Assembly: GCF_964188315.1 (NCBI RefSeq)
Contig: NC_135656.1
Span: forward strand, 100,564,001-100,628,000
Direction of reading: 5' to 3'
Source: Podarcis muralis
Lineage: Eukaryota
Length of the DNA stretch: 64,000 nt
The translations under genes and the position numbers were made by a program. Positions 24,831 to 37,590 of the stretch are shown here, piece after piece; the stretch's first letter is position 1, and every line of letters begins with the position of its first letter. Under the pieces are notes generated by a model that did no database searches, was not told the origin of the DNA, and worked only from the letters and a program-made list of their open reading frames with translations.

Positions 24831-25546
24831 AAACATCTGTGTGACATTCTCATTGGGTTGGTCTCAGTAGACACTATTGTCTGCTGGCCATCCTGGCCAA
24901 GGCTGATGGGAGTTGGGAGTCCCACAACATCTGGAGGGCACCTGCTATACTCTTCTTGAAGAGTTGTCCAGACCAAGTGCAGAGTCATTTAAGAAGAGAG
25001 CAGGGACCCTGAAGTTGTAGCCATCAGCAACTGCACAGCAGACTAAGGAGGCACACGCAGATCTCTTGGTCACAGTCTTCCCTGTTATGGTGAGATATAC
25101 TGTATTTCTGTTTAAAGCGCAGGCATCCCCCCACTTATGCGTGGTCAACTCGTGAGTGACTGTGTACACTGTGGTAGTGGGAAATAGATGAATTGATTCA
25201 AACCAGGAAGTGGCAGGAGAGAGCTGGAGAATACTTGTGGCTTGCGAGCCAGAGTCTGAAGAGGACTTCCGTGAGGGTGGAGAAGAGACTGGAGGAACAG
25301 TGGGGCTTTGTTTGGGCTACTTGGCCTCCCTGCCTAGCAGCTGGCGCTTGTGGTAGTGTAGCAGCAGCAGCCATTTACCTGTGCATCTTCCAGCTGGCCC
25401 TGGAACTTTAACTCTAGTTGAAAAGAAAGATGTGTGGGGAGAGAGGGGGGGACAGGTGTTTAGAGTCTTTTTAGAGAGTACGCCCCACTTACATACAAGG
25501 GCCCAGAATGTAGCCCCTGTGTAAGTTGGGTGACACCAGTATAGTA

Positions 25547-25788
25547 CAGTGGTACCTCGGGTTAAGTACTTAATTTGTTCTGGAGGTCCGTACTTAACCT
25601 GAAACTGTTCTTAACCTGAAGCACCACTTTAGCTAATGGGGCCTCCCGCTGCTGCCGCGCCACCGGAGCCCGATTTCTGTTCTCATCCTGAAGCAAAGTT
25701 CTTAGCCTGAAGCACTATTTCTAGGTTAGCGGAGTGTGTAACCTGAAGCGTATATAACCTGAAGCGTATGTAACCCGAGGTACCACTG
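25547..25788. mobile_element. Tc1/mariner-pogo (Tigger-like) MITE, family A
   Basis: TIR CAGTGGTACCTCGGGTTA...TAACCCGAGGTACCACTG flanked by TA on both sides. Confidence 0.92.
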
Positions 25789-26699
25789 TAATGATTTTGA
25801 GTTTTGCATCTCTGCATATAAAACAGCACATGCACATTTTATGCAAACCAGTTTCCTCTTCCGACCTCTTTTTTTTGGGGTGGTGCTTTTTGGTGATGCA
25901 TAAGCAGTCACCCCAGCATCAACGAAGCTTTGCGTCATTCTGGGATTTCACATACCTCAAGTGTAGCATACCACCATGTCCCAGGCATTTTGCCTTGCAA
26001 GATTGTTGTGAAGGGAAGAAGAGGGACATTGCATAAGAAAAAAATGTTATTGCAACCTTCCCGCAACTGGTTTCTCCTCCAGGTCCTTTGGACTACCACC
26101 CCCAGCAGTCCTGGCTAGCACAGCCATTGGTCAGGGATGATGGGATTTGTAGTCTAAAACATCTGGAGGGGGAGCAAGCTAGGGAAGGCTGAGTTAGAGA
26201 ACTGACAAAATACCTGGAAGCTATTTCTATTCCTGTTTAACGATCTGAGGCATGAGTGCATGCAGACTCACTTTGTTCTCTCCTTTTCCATTTTCATCTT
26301 AGTGTGTTGCATTTCTATCAGTGAGATTGTTTTAAGATAATCATCCTCCCCCCAGGTCCACGTTTCCCCTTGTCATTCTGAATTTTATAGGGCTCTTTTG
26401 TTGCACTGAGTAACCCACACTGAGCTCTGAATCACTGGGAAATTTAATCATTTTTTTGTTGTTTATGTTCATCTTCCCAGTAACAAGCAAAATCCATCTT
26501 AAAAAGTCTTCTGTGTTTTGCCCTCTGGGAGTTATTTTAGAATTCTTCCTGGCCTTATAAATCCAAACCTCTAAACCTGATAACATAGGAATTGACTTCA
26601 CAAGGTAGCAATTTCATATAAGTAGCTGTCACAAAAGGGATGTTGACTTCATTGTAGTGGCCATGTGAGATGGTATATGGTTGAATGGATCATCTAAAC

Positions 26700-26925
26700 C
26701 AGTGGTTCCCAACCTTTTATTTTAGCCATGCCCCTCCTAAGCATCTCTAAAATCCTGATGCCCCCTCCTCATGACATATAATTCTTAGTATTCAGAAAGT
26801 GAACTCCTATTCACGTGGAGGAAGCCTAAAAGGCTAATAACTTGGTCTAACTTGTTCTCAAATTGCCCTCCTTTAAAATCAAATTGCCCCCCTGTAGGGT
26901 GTGTGCCCCACGTTGGGAACCACGG
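26700..26925. mobile_element. Non-autonomous hAT (Charlie/SPIN-like TIR)
   Basis: CAGTGGTTCCCAAC...GTTGGGAACCACGG termini; degenerate TSD ATCTAAAC/GCCTAAAC. Confidence 0.8.
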
Positions 26926-27919
26926 GCCTAAACCCTTATGGTGCCCCTCTTGGGCTCCTGACTTTTAAACTCATTATCTGTGTCTTGATCATCTGTACTA
27001 GCAATACATGTTTAAGCCCTATGGCCAACTCACACAATACATTCAGCTCCCTGTGAACAGTCTCAAAACTAGGACTGAGCCCAGTCCTAGTTTTTCATAA
27101 AAAGACACACATTTGATTCAAATTTTGTGAGGATGGGAGCAAAATGGAGGACACCCTCCATCAATTTTTCCCAAGGAGGTGTCAAAGGACAGGCTGGAGA
27201 TGAAACTCACCATTGCCATTCCTGACCTCCTTCTGGTGGCACTTCCTGGCACCACCATCTCTTCTCCCACCCAGGAGTGCCAACTCAGGGGTGTTTTGGG
27301 GGGCCCAGATACTTTGGGGGAGCTGGGGCCCTCAATGTTCACTACCATCAGGAGGTGGAGGAGGCTGGCTGTGGAGCTGAGCATGGCTTCAGTGGCCGGC
27401 TCCACCTTCTTCCCCTGCCATGGAGCACAAGAGAGGAGGAGCTTCCAGGCACTGCGTTTGACTCCATCTTCAAGCTCCTCCTGAAACTTCATGTGATGTC
27501 ATGCTACACACATGTGATGTCACACATGCAATATCATGCAGCGTCGCTTGCACAACCCGGCCCCCTCAATCTTTGGTGCAAGTTGCCCCAATTTTTTTTT
27601 AAAAAACACCTCTTAGAACTGCTTTGCTGGCTGTGACTGGAGCTGTAGACCAAAACATCTGGAGGGCACCAGGCTGATGGATGCTATGTGAGCATGCAGG
27701 AATGCCCTGGAGAAAATTTGTGATCCTCCATCGCTAGCTGTCACAACAAAGCTACGTGGGAGGAGGCATGGTGACTGCCAGTTGGGTGCTGCAACCTTGC
27801 ACCCTGACTCACACATTTTGTCCCCTGGCTGTGAAGATGTCCTAACTCCTGCGGGCTGGGAAAACTTGGGAGGGGTGTGCTTGAGGATATCCATAGTCTT
27901 TGTAAGGCATATGGCTGCG

Positions 27920-28278
27920 TAAAGGTAAAGGTAAAGGGACCCCTGACTGTTAGGTCCAGTAGCAGACGACTCTGGGGTTGCGCCGCTCATCTCGCTCTAT
28001 GGGCTGAGGGAGCTGGCATACAGCTTCCGGGTCATGTGGCCAGCATGACTAAGCCACTTCTGGCGAACCAGAGCAACACACGGAAACGCCGTTTACCTTC
28101 CCGCCGGAGTGGTACCTATTTATCTACTTGCACTTTGACGTGTTTTCGAACTGCTAGGTTGGCAGGAGCTGGGACCGAACAATGGGAGCTCACCCTGTTG
28201 CAGGGATTTGAACCACCAACCTTCTGATTGGCAAGCCCTAGGCTCAGTGGTTTAGACCACAGCACCACCCACATCCCA
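27920..28278 (-). mobile_element. Sauria SINE (Squam1)
   Basis: Antisense (AAAGGT)n tail followed by the full body; reverse complement of 52962-53319. Confidence 0.9.
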
Positions 28279-29811
28279 CACATGGCTGCATAGATGATGG
28301 TAAATCTGTGCATTCTGCAAGCAGCGATTTTACATCACTATGTGTTCATAGGAACATATGTTGCTGCTTCTGCAAGTCAGGCCACTGGTCCATCTAACTC
28401 ACTCTTGTCTCTACTGACTGTCAGTGCTTCTTTTACTGGGGTTTCAGGCCTGGGACATTGCCAGCTCTATTTGGAGATACCTGGGACTGAGCAGAGAACC
28501 TTCTATAGGAAAGGCATTTGCTCCAGCTCTACCACTGAATTATGGCCCTTCCCTCAGCAGAGGATGCCCCTAAAGTTTAGGGTTGTTGTTTTAATTTCAG
28601 TATTTGATGAGGTCTATCCAATTGCCTTTTGTAACTCCTATACTCTTCTGAGCTGTGCCTGCAGCTGCTCCTTCCTACAATGAGACAGCCGATCCCGGCT
28701 TGCATAATTCATGATTACAAGTTGTACACTCTTGATGATAAAAGGACTTGATGTTTATTTGACACCCCCTCGCAAGTGCATCAAATGGATTTTTCAAAGG
28801 TACGTAAATAGCCACTGAAAAGGGAGGTAAAAGGGGATCCAGACTATACATTCTGTCATCCCTTTGCCTGAAGGCTGGGGGGTGCGGAATGCAAACAGTA
28901 TATTAAAACTTGGAGGAGGAAGGAGTCGGGAAGAAACCCTTCTGTTCCGTGGCAATTTCCAAGAGTCTATATTGAAGCCGCCGTTGTGGAAAGGAAGATC
29001 AGGCTAGGCTAGGGGGCTGATGTGACAACAGGAAATGCAGCTTCAAAAGCCAACCAAGATAATGACTTAGAAGGTGTCCTTGGCCAAGTCATTCCTCATC
29101 AGCTTCATTTCCTCATCCAAGAAACAGGAGTAGTAGAACAATCTCGCAAGTTGATGGGGAAGGATAAGCAAGCCAATTATTTTTATGGCCTAAAAATCCT
29201 GCCTTGATGAGTAATTTGCTAGAAACCAGTGATGCCCCAAGGAATCGCAGGAAGAAACGCTAATGATCATGAATAAGGGCGAGGTTTCCGCATAACCAAT
29301 AATATGGTTAAAAATAATGCCCCCCATTGTTGATTTTCTTTGGGTTCTCTTTAAAGTGTTGCCATGGAGAGTGAGGCTACATAACAGCATGCCTGCTAAC
29401 TGTGCTCCATTTATTGCCTTTAAAAAAAGTCCTTAATTGAGCACCCATTTTAACTTCACTGACTTCATTTGGTGAATTCTGATGAACCCAAAGTTAAGAA
29501 AGAGCTGGTTCACTCACTCTTGAATTCTGTCAGTGGTCTGGAAGAACCATATGACTTTTTATTGCCGTGACATAAGAAAATAACAAGCCATAGGTTCAAA
29601 GGGCACTGTGGGGCTACAGCCCCTGCCTCTCAGGTTGAACAGCATGGCAAGGGGGAGACCATCTTGGCCCCATCTATTGGCTGATGAAGGTTCAGCTGTT
29701 CCAGTTCTTGCTTTCTCTCCCAGTTCTACTTTCCTTTTTGTATCTAGAACCTACAGGCAGAGACTGCCTTATCTTTCTATGTTAGCTTCACGTCGATGCC
29801 TGGAAAAGGTT

Positions 29812-29970
29812 CGAGGGCAGATGGTCAAGCAGTCCATCTGGGAGCATTTTGAAAAGAACACAGTGATTCCAAAGAGCCCGCATGGGTTTCTTAGGAACAA
29901 ATCATGCTGGACTAACCTCATCTCCTTTCTGGATAGAGTAACTAGCATGGTAGCTCAAGCAAATACTGGA
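29812..29970 (+). mobile_element. CR1 RT internal fragment
   Basis: KQSIWEHFEKNTVIPKSPHGFLRNKSCWTNLISFLDRVT matches the CR1 RT motif SQHGF...KSC.TNLISF. Confidence 0.85.
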
Positions 29971-30068
29971 GCTTTCAGAAAGGTTCGCCTTTGGTTCAAC
30001 ACAGACCAGTACTCTAACCACTACACCAGACCCACACCAGTCACTTTATCTTCTGGGGAATTTGTATA

Positions 30069-30203
30069 CAGTGGTACCTCTGGTTGCGAACAGGATCCGT
30101 TCCGGAGCCCCATTCACAACCTGAAAGGAACGCAACCCGCGTCGCCGCAGGATGCAACCTGAAAACGTGCAACCTGAAGCAAATGTAACATGAGGTATGA
30201 CTG
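30069..30203. mobile_element. Short Tc1/pogo MITE variant (135 bp)
   Basis: TA-CAGTGGTACCTC...GAGGTATGACTG-TA; interior differs from family A. Confidence 0.82.
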
Positions 30204-30215
30204 TATTTAAAAAGT

Positions 30216-30217
<2 letters not shown>

Positions 30218-30260
<43 letters not shown>
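30218..30260 (+). repeat. (GT)n microsatellite
   Basis: Perfect tandem. Confidence 0.95.
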
Positions 30261-30262
<2 letters not shown>

Positions 30263-31365
30263 GTAACACAATGGCTAAGCACATGTTCCCTAAATGTATC
30301 ACTGTTTCTGCTGGGAACCACCAGCTTTATTATGGAGGCTAGTTTCTCTTAATGAGATCGCTTTGTGAAGCAATACACATTTCTGGTCCCCAAGACTAAT
30401 GTCTGAACATCAGAGTCCACCCACCACCCCAAGCACACAACGGCTGGTTATCCCTGCTCTATGCAGTGTTTTCACTAATTATCTTTCCCTAACCCTGATA
30501 TCAGTGCCATGTCCCTTGCAAAAGGGAAGGGAGGGAAGAATGTGTACACAAACTTGTTTGGATTAAAGTAATTTTGCTCTCTAAAAAAGGTGCTCATTAT
30601 CCAGGGCCAGGCTGCCTTGAAGGTGACAACCTGGTAGCAGAGGAAAATTGGCCGCATGTTACAAACCGCCACTGCTTGGCTTTTGCGGGTCTAATTGCTC
30701 ATCTGCAGGAGCGGTCGAGGCCTGAACCTATGGAGTAAGTGATCGAGTCAGAGGGAATTTAAATAGTTTGGCTTTCAAGCTGACAAATAGATGCAGCTGC
30801 CCAAACAGGAGTAATTCAGAAGGGGTTGGTTTTTCCTCAATACTGGAACATAACACTCATTAGGCAATGATAAGAGAGACAGTTGCAAACATTTGTTTAG
30901 GCCACACAAATTCCTTTTCTTTTCTTCCCCTCAGCCCCGCCATGCCATGCTAGAACTGAAGCACTGGAATTATTACCCGGGATCTTTTATTTTTTGGTAT
31001 GGTCTCAGATATATTTCTGCTTTGAGGCTGTTAACATCATCATAGCTCTCAGTAAGCAATGCGGGGGGGTGGGCAGGTCAGTGAGTCATTACCCATCAGA
31101 TGGATTAGTGGACTTGAAACATTTTTATAATGCTTTGTGATCCTTTTTATGAAGCACAAGCCCCATCAACAGCCATCACACGATCCCTGTGCGTGGGGGG
31201 TGAGAGGAGGGGAAGACTTCCATTACAGAGCCCAAATGTCCTAGTTTTTTGTTGTTGTTGTTTGGAGAGGAAGGGACAGAAACAGGGTGATCAAAGGCAG
31301 CCCAAGGTGTTATTGCTGCTTGAGACAGAGCAGTAAATGGGATCCCTCTTCTCCGAGTCAAGGTA

Positions 31366-31606
31366 CAGTGGTACCTCGGGTTACAAATGCTTCAGGTTAC
31401 ATGCACTTCAGGTTACAGACACTGCTAACCCAGAAATATTACCTCAGGTTAAGAACTTTGCTTCAGGATAAGAACAGAAATCGTGCTCCGGCGGTGCGGT
31501 GGCAGCAGGAGTCCCTATTAGCTGAAGTGGTGCTTCGGGTTAAGAACAGTTTCAGGTTAAGAACAGACCTCCGGAACGAATTAAGTACTTTACCCGAGGT
31601 ACCACT
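31366..31606. mobile_element. Tc1/pogo MITE, family A
   Basis: Same family in the opposite orientation; right terminus eroded. Confidence 0.9.
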
Positions 31607-32153
31607 CAAGACAGGTCAAGTTATTTTGGCACATGAAGCAAGGGGATCTCACAGGTCTCTCTCCCTCTCTGGCAGTAAAAATGCAAGAACAGGGATCAAA
31701 ATAATTTGAATGGCCACTTATGCATTTCCCCCAAAGAGATAAATGAATGACTGAATAGAGGACAAAAAGAGGACACAAGTTTGCAGAAAGTTTACATATG
31801 TGGCTTTATATGTACTACGTTTAGAAATATTTGCTATAATTTAACTGGAAATGCATCTCACCGTGGTGGGGAAGTCTGTGACCAGCTTACCTGCTCATTC
31901 TGCTGTTTGGGTTCCTGGTTTTCCTTCTTATGGTTCTTGATCTTTAAACTGGGCCTGGACTGGAGAGTCCTTCCAGTGGAAGACTGCTCTCTGTAAAGTA
32001 GGCACATGGCCACCTTATAATAAGCCAACCATTTGTTGCCATTTCGGGAGGCCCAAACATCAGCTGTCTGAGGTGGCTGCCTCACAGAGCAATCCAACTC
32101 GCCTCCCCTCTCCATTGAGCATGCTGGAGGGGGTTTGCAACACATCCCTCTGC

Positions 32154-32637
32154 TGTCAGGGAATGGTCTGGATCTGAAGATTGGGAAATGCAGTCTCAGA
32201 CAGATCAGTTCCTCTCAGATGGGGAGGGGTAATATTCACCTCCCCTGCCTCCAGCGTTTTCAGAAGCAGAGAGAGAGAGGCAGACACAGACACAGAACCT
32301 GCACAGATTAGGGAAGAGTTACCCAGTTATGAGATGATGGCAAGATATACAGAAGGGAGGGGACAGCTGGGAGACACATCAGTTGAGAGTGCGGGGACTT
32401 GGAGGTCCGAACGTATCAGAGAACAAAAGAGACAAAGAAGGGGAGGAACTTCCCATTGGCACGCTCCTTTCTGCGGAAGTCGGAAGTCGGAAGTCGGAGT
32501 AAGCAACTGATCTCCTTGTGGAGGGTTGTCTGTTTGTGCTTGCAACATGATGCTGTAATAAAAAGACTATAAATCTCTCAAATGCTCATTCTTATCTGTG
32601 AGCTACCCAAGGGAGAGGGGAAGTCCCAGGCTTGACA
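32154..32637 (+). mobile_element. Solo LTR (484 bp)
   Basis: TGTCA...TGACA termini, perfect 5-bp TSD TCTGC (32149-32153, 32638-32642), and AATAAA at about 32556. Confidence 0.85.
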
Positions 32638-32948
32638 TCTGCCAAGCCTTGCTGGCCTCCTCCATTGCTGGGTAAGCTCCACCAGCAGAAAGCCCATGGT
32701 ACAACTGCCCAAACAGCAGGTGAGCAGAAACCAGTGGCATCCCTGATGGTGGCAGCTGGCAGAAATAAGGTGGGCACAGGCCTGGGACAGTACAGGATCA
32801 CCCTCCTGTTGTTATGTGGTGACACACTGGGCCTCTTCGCTGAGCATTCTTTAGTGTCTCAATTTCTACTGGCCGGTGTGAGCTTTGCCACTCCACCAAG
32901 CCATGCCACTGCAACCCAGGGCTTTGAATTGCCCCTTCATTCTAACTA

Positions 32949-33179
32949 TGGTGGTACCTTGGGTTACAGACGCTTCAGGTTACAAACACTTCAGGTTACA
33001 GACTCTGCTAACCCAGAAATACTACCTCGGGTTAAGAATTTTACCTCAGGATGAGAACAGAAATCGTGCGGCGGCAGTGGGAGGCCCCATTAGCTAAAGT
33101 GGTACCTCAGGTTAAGAACGGTTTCATGTTAAGAACGGACCTCTAGAACGAATTAAGTTCTTAACCCGAGGTACCACTG
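32949..33179. mobile_element. Tc1/pogo MITE, family A
   Basis: TA TSD; TIR ...GAGGTACCACTG. Confidence 0.9.
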
Positions 33180-33372
33180 TAATGGTAAGGTTGGGCCTGT
33201 GAATAAAGTAGGGCAAGGAGGTAAGCTTTATTTGGGTGACTACAGCCCCATTCCTTTTGCCAGTTCTATTGCATCTGCCAGCTCATTGGTAATAGTTACG
33301 GTGGAAGAGAATCACCCTAACCTCTGCTGCACTTCAATATTCGCTATAGAAATAGCTACCAGGACAGGGTTT

Positions 33373-33537
33373 CATAGAATCATAGTGTTGTGGAGCTGGA
33401 AGGGACCCTGAGGGTCACCAAATCTAACCCCCTGCAATGCAGGAATGCAGAAACCTGCAAGAAATGTGTGTGCCCATTGTGGGAACCCAGGACCCTGAGA
33501 TTAAGAGTCTCATGCACCATTGACTGAGCTAGCTGGG
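33373..33537 (-). mobile_element. tRNA-Lys(CTT)-headed SINE with a CR1-derived tail
   Basis: Minus strand cccagctagctcagtcaatggtgcatgagactcttaatctcagggtcctgggttccc, then a CR1 tail ending ctatgattctatg. Confidence 0.8.
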
Positions 33538-36500
33538 TTGCTCAACAAATAGGCACCAGTCATGTATTCAACCAGTCTCTGGGTTGCAAGCCCTTGCCAC
33601 TGAAAAAAAGCACATCATGAACTATCAAATTATAGTTGGTGCTGTCACTCATCTCTCTGAATTTGGGAAGCTGGTGGCAATGATCCATTACTACAGATCC
33701 TGCTCTGAGACAACATCAGGCAGTTTCCTAATGATGGGAGGGTGATAAAGTCTACCCCCATGTTTACAGTCACCTCGATTGTGTGTACAAATTTGGCAAT
33801 GCCATCTGGAACATCTGAAGAGCCTGAGCAGAGACTGAAGAAACCAATGCTTCTTCTGTGACTCATTAGACAGGCGCTTCAGCATGAAAATCATAGCCCT
33901 GTCTGGATGTGTCATCTAGAGGGGTTATTATTTGTCAGTGGCTACTGCTGGGGGAGAGGGAGAAATCAGAACATCTTTAAAATGCTTTTTGTGTGCTCAC
34001 ACTCAGAGTTAAACACTGGAGAGCTGCTTCAAGTTAATTAGACCAGCTTCCTTGAACCCATGGGCATATTTCAAATGTTGAGAGAGTGTTGAGGGTTCCA
34101 GTTACAAAATGGCTGCCATGGGGAGAGGGAGGCCTAGCATAACACAAAATGGCTACCATGGAGAGCATGACATAGCATAAAATTAGAGAGACAACCACCC
34201 TTGACATTGTTTTGGACAGTGGTTGATGCTGAATTCTAGTAGGTTGACAGAACAGCAAAGAGTACTCCAGTCCCTGGAATTTATTAAGTATAAATTATTT
34301 ATTCTGTACACCATCCTGCCCATCTCCAGCCCCATACTGCTCAACCGTCCTGAGGATCCCAGAATGTCCCATTTTTTGGTCTGGTGCTCTGGCATGAGTC
34401 AGCTCTGGCATGCCGGAGCAAAAGGTGCTCGTTTTTGGGCCTCGCACTCTTTTGCAAGTGAGCTGACTCCCACGAAAGCTCAGGACCAAACAAAAAACGA
34501 ACATCCCAATTTGGATCCGCTTGATGTTGGTGGGTATGCAGCTCCACATAGCCATCTATGCTTCATTCCCTGCATCTCATTTATAGATTGTGTTAATTGG
34601 TAGCACAGTTCACAACACAATTGGATTGAAGCCATTTCTTAGATTTAATTTTTTTATTGAACTGTTTTTCTTCTCCCAAAGATAAAGGGTTATAGCTACA
34701 AAGAAGATCTACAATTAAAAATATACACCTAAATATGGGGCAGGGGGCAGCAATGAACAAATGTAAAGATAATGACTGCATTAAAAAAAACTACTTTTCC
34801 TCATTAAAGCATTTTCAGTTAAGAAAGGGGATACGGAAAAGAGTAATGGTATTACATTAACTACAGAAGATTAAAAATACAAATTTTATTTAAGGCAACA
34901 CACACTTGTGTCCATATAAGAGGGAATCAGACTGCTATTGTATTGGTATTCAGAGTTGTATTCCTTGCCTGCCCAGCTTGCTCAGTTTCCAAATTTTCTG
35001 CATCCATTGATTTTTTCACAGACAAGCAATACAGATATTGGCAGCTGTCTAAAGATGTTGCAGCAGTGACCCATGAAATTAGGCAGGATTGTCTTTAGCG
35101 AAGAAGCCAAAGATTTAGGACCGACACTAGGCCTTGGGTGCAACATTTGCTGATAGAAATCAACCACTCGGTCCCAAAGTACTTATTGAACAGTAGGCAA
35201 AGACAGAAAAAAACATAGCCTCCTTGGCTTCACGCTTTCTGTCACAAAAGGCCATAGTTTGAATGAATTAAGTGTAATTTTGCTAGGTTGCGTTCCACCT
35301 ACCAAGAATCTTATACTGAAATTCATTGGTCTTAGAATAGTTGGAAATCTTGTCACTGGCAAAAGTATCTGCAAAAGCAGGAGTTTGTATCTGCCATTCA
35401 TCATGACCTTCCATTTTCCATCTTCCCATCTTCCAAAGCCTTTGAGTTTGAGTGTCATGAGGTGGTGAGGCTGGTCAGGGCCAGTTTAAGGGCACTGAAA
35501 AAATTATGGTGACCACCTGTACAGAATATAAATAAGAACAATATTAAACTGTAAAATAAAAAAATTAAACACAACAAAACAAGATTTATTGCAAGACATG
35601 GCAGTATCTGCTTTCCTCACATTATTTCAATCCACGGTCACCCTGTTTTAAGTAGAGTCAGTATTAAAAAGAGAACAGAAAAATGGCGGAAGAGTCAGTA
35701 GTGCAGTGACCAACCAAGTTCTGATTTTCCCCATGATGCCTACTTTGGTGCAAAGCAACTGCTTATATACATTTCTGTAGGCCTGGGCCACTCCCACGCC
35801 CAACGTGATTGGCTGTCTAAACTTCCAAGCTCAGAGTTTAAGGGCCAATGACAGAGGCCCAAATCCTGAAATGTTCTGTGATTGGATATCATGTATCAAA
35901 TCAGAACACAGGGGCTCAGAATCCTTAACCCAGACTCAGACTCAGGCAAACACAGACCACTGAATACATAACACACATATTCACATTTTCTTTCTATCTT
36001 AGAAGTGGGGGGGGGCACTGATCCAGGTGAAGAGGGTGTAAAGCTACCAGATAGAGGGGTGCAGAACTCACTGAAAAATCCAAATGCCCATAGCCCTAAA
36101 TAGTTTGGTAACCCCTTGTCTTAACTTGTGGTACTATTTCTGAAAAGTGGCGGTTCGTCCTGGATTGTTGGTAACATAACCAAAAAAAAATTTTTTTTAA
36201 AAAAAATCTCAATAGCTTGGGTTATTTCTTTAAAAAGGGTCAACAATTTGTTTGTGTTTGGATTTTCACTTCTTCAAATATGGTGCTAGCCTATTGCTAT
36301 TCCTCAAGAAATTTCTGCCTCTCTAGAAACAAATTTTCCCTGTACTGTTTGGAAGGTGTGCATAGGCCCTCTTCTGTTTTGCCTGTGAAGGTCAAGATTA
36401 AAAGCAAATCTGTGTACCCAGGTAGCTAATGCGAGAGGTGGGCATGTTTTTCTTTACACCAAAGTCTAGAAGAGAAGGGCACGCCTCAGCCCACACAGTT

Positions 36501-37044
36501 TCAGCTCAAAACATTTTGCCGCCTGAGGCAAAATCCAAGATGGCTCCCTCCTCTTTTACATGCAGAGGCTAGCAACTGGGCAAGCAGTTCTTACTTGGTG
36601 ACAAGATAGCGTCTTCTGCAGTACCTGAGGATAGCAGCCTAGATGGGGGGAGAGCACAACAGACCATGTAGCATACATAGCTCTTTCCTCAAACATCTGC
36701 AGCCTGAAATAGTTATCAGTCCTGAGCCCACAGAGCTAGCAGTGAGTATATAAGTTGCCATATTTCACTCTCTTTTTAAAAAGAAAACAAACCTAGCTTT
36801 GAATCATGGCTCCTTGAGCTCAGAAGCTATTAAAAAGTTATGACCAAGCCGAGTCACCAGGTAGGTTTTTCTAAGTACTTAAAAAGACTAATTCTCCATC
36901 CTTTCTCCCTGTAGGGGATGGATTCTTGGGACTCATGCAGATAATGGCCCCTAAGTGCATAACAAACTCTGAAGCACATGCAAGAGCTTTCATCTCAAAG
37001 TGAATTCTAAAAATAGCTGAAAATTCACAGGCTTAAAAACATGT

Positions 37045-37076
<32 letters not shown>

Positions 37077-37213
37077 TTGCTTTGCATCAGTCAAGCACCT
37101 TCTCCAGCATTAGTGTGGACCTTAGAAATACACAACACCAGTTGGTGTGTACAGAACTGTGATGTGCACACACTCATCTTGTTCACTAGAGGTTCCAGTG
37201 TATTGTTTTTTTA

Positions 37214-37214
37214 A

Positions 37215-37258
<44 letters not shown>

Positions 37259-37262
37259 AGAG
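37214..37262 (+). repeat. (AAAG)n microsatellite
   Basis: Tandem repeat. (AG)n tracts also occur at about 7325-7352, 37047-37074 and 37543-37587. Confidence 0.95.
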
Positions 37263-37349
37263 AAAAATATGTAAGGAGGAAACACAGTTTTGCAGTGTAA
37301 ACTTCAAAAACATTCTCATATGGCAGGCTTATTTGTTTATAGTATATTA

Positions 37350-37364
37350 CCAGCAGGTGGCAGC
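37350..37364 (+). promoter_or_regulatory. Candidate CTCF motif
   Basis: CCAGCAGGTGGCAGC fits the CCASYAGRKGGCRS core exactly. Motif only; no binding evidence. Confidence 0.5.
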
Positions 37365-37539
37365 TTACAATAAAAAGAGTAACAATATAAAACAGTACAC
37401 AACAATACTAAACACACACACAAATCAACAGTCAAAAAGCGAAGCAGTCCCCCCAAAATCAACAACCTCAATTAGCAGCTTCTGTAAAACAGTGGGAAGG
37501 CAGTCGAAGGGGGAAGGAATTAAATTAAAATTAAAAGGC

Positions 37540-37590
<51 letters not shown>

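Noticed and set aside
25547-25788. Repeated TAACCTGAAG units resembling a CRISPR-like array
   Set aside because: This is a eukaryotic genome with no cas genes. The units are subterminal repeats inside a TIR- and TA-bounded MITE.
29608-30162. 184-aa ORF
   Set aside because: It is a chance fusion of unique DNA, a CR1 RT fragment and a MITE.
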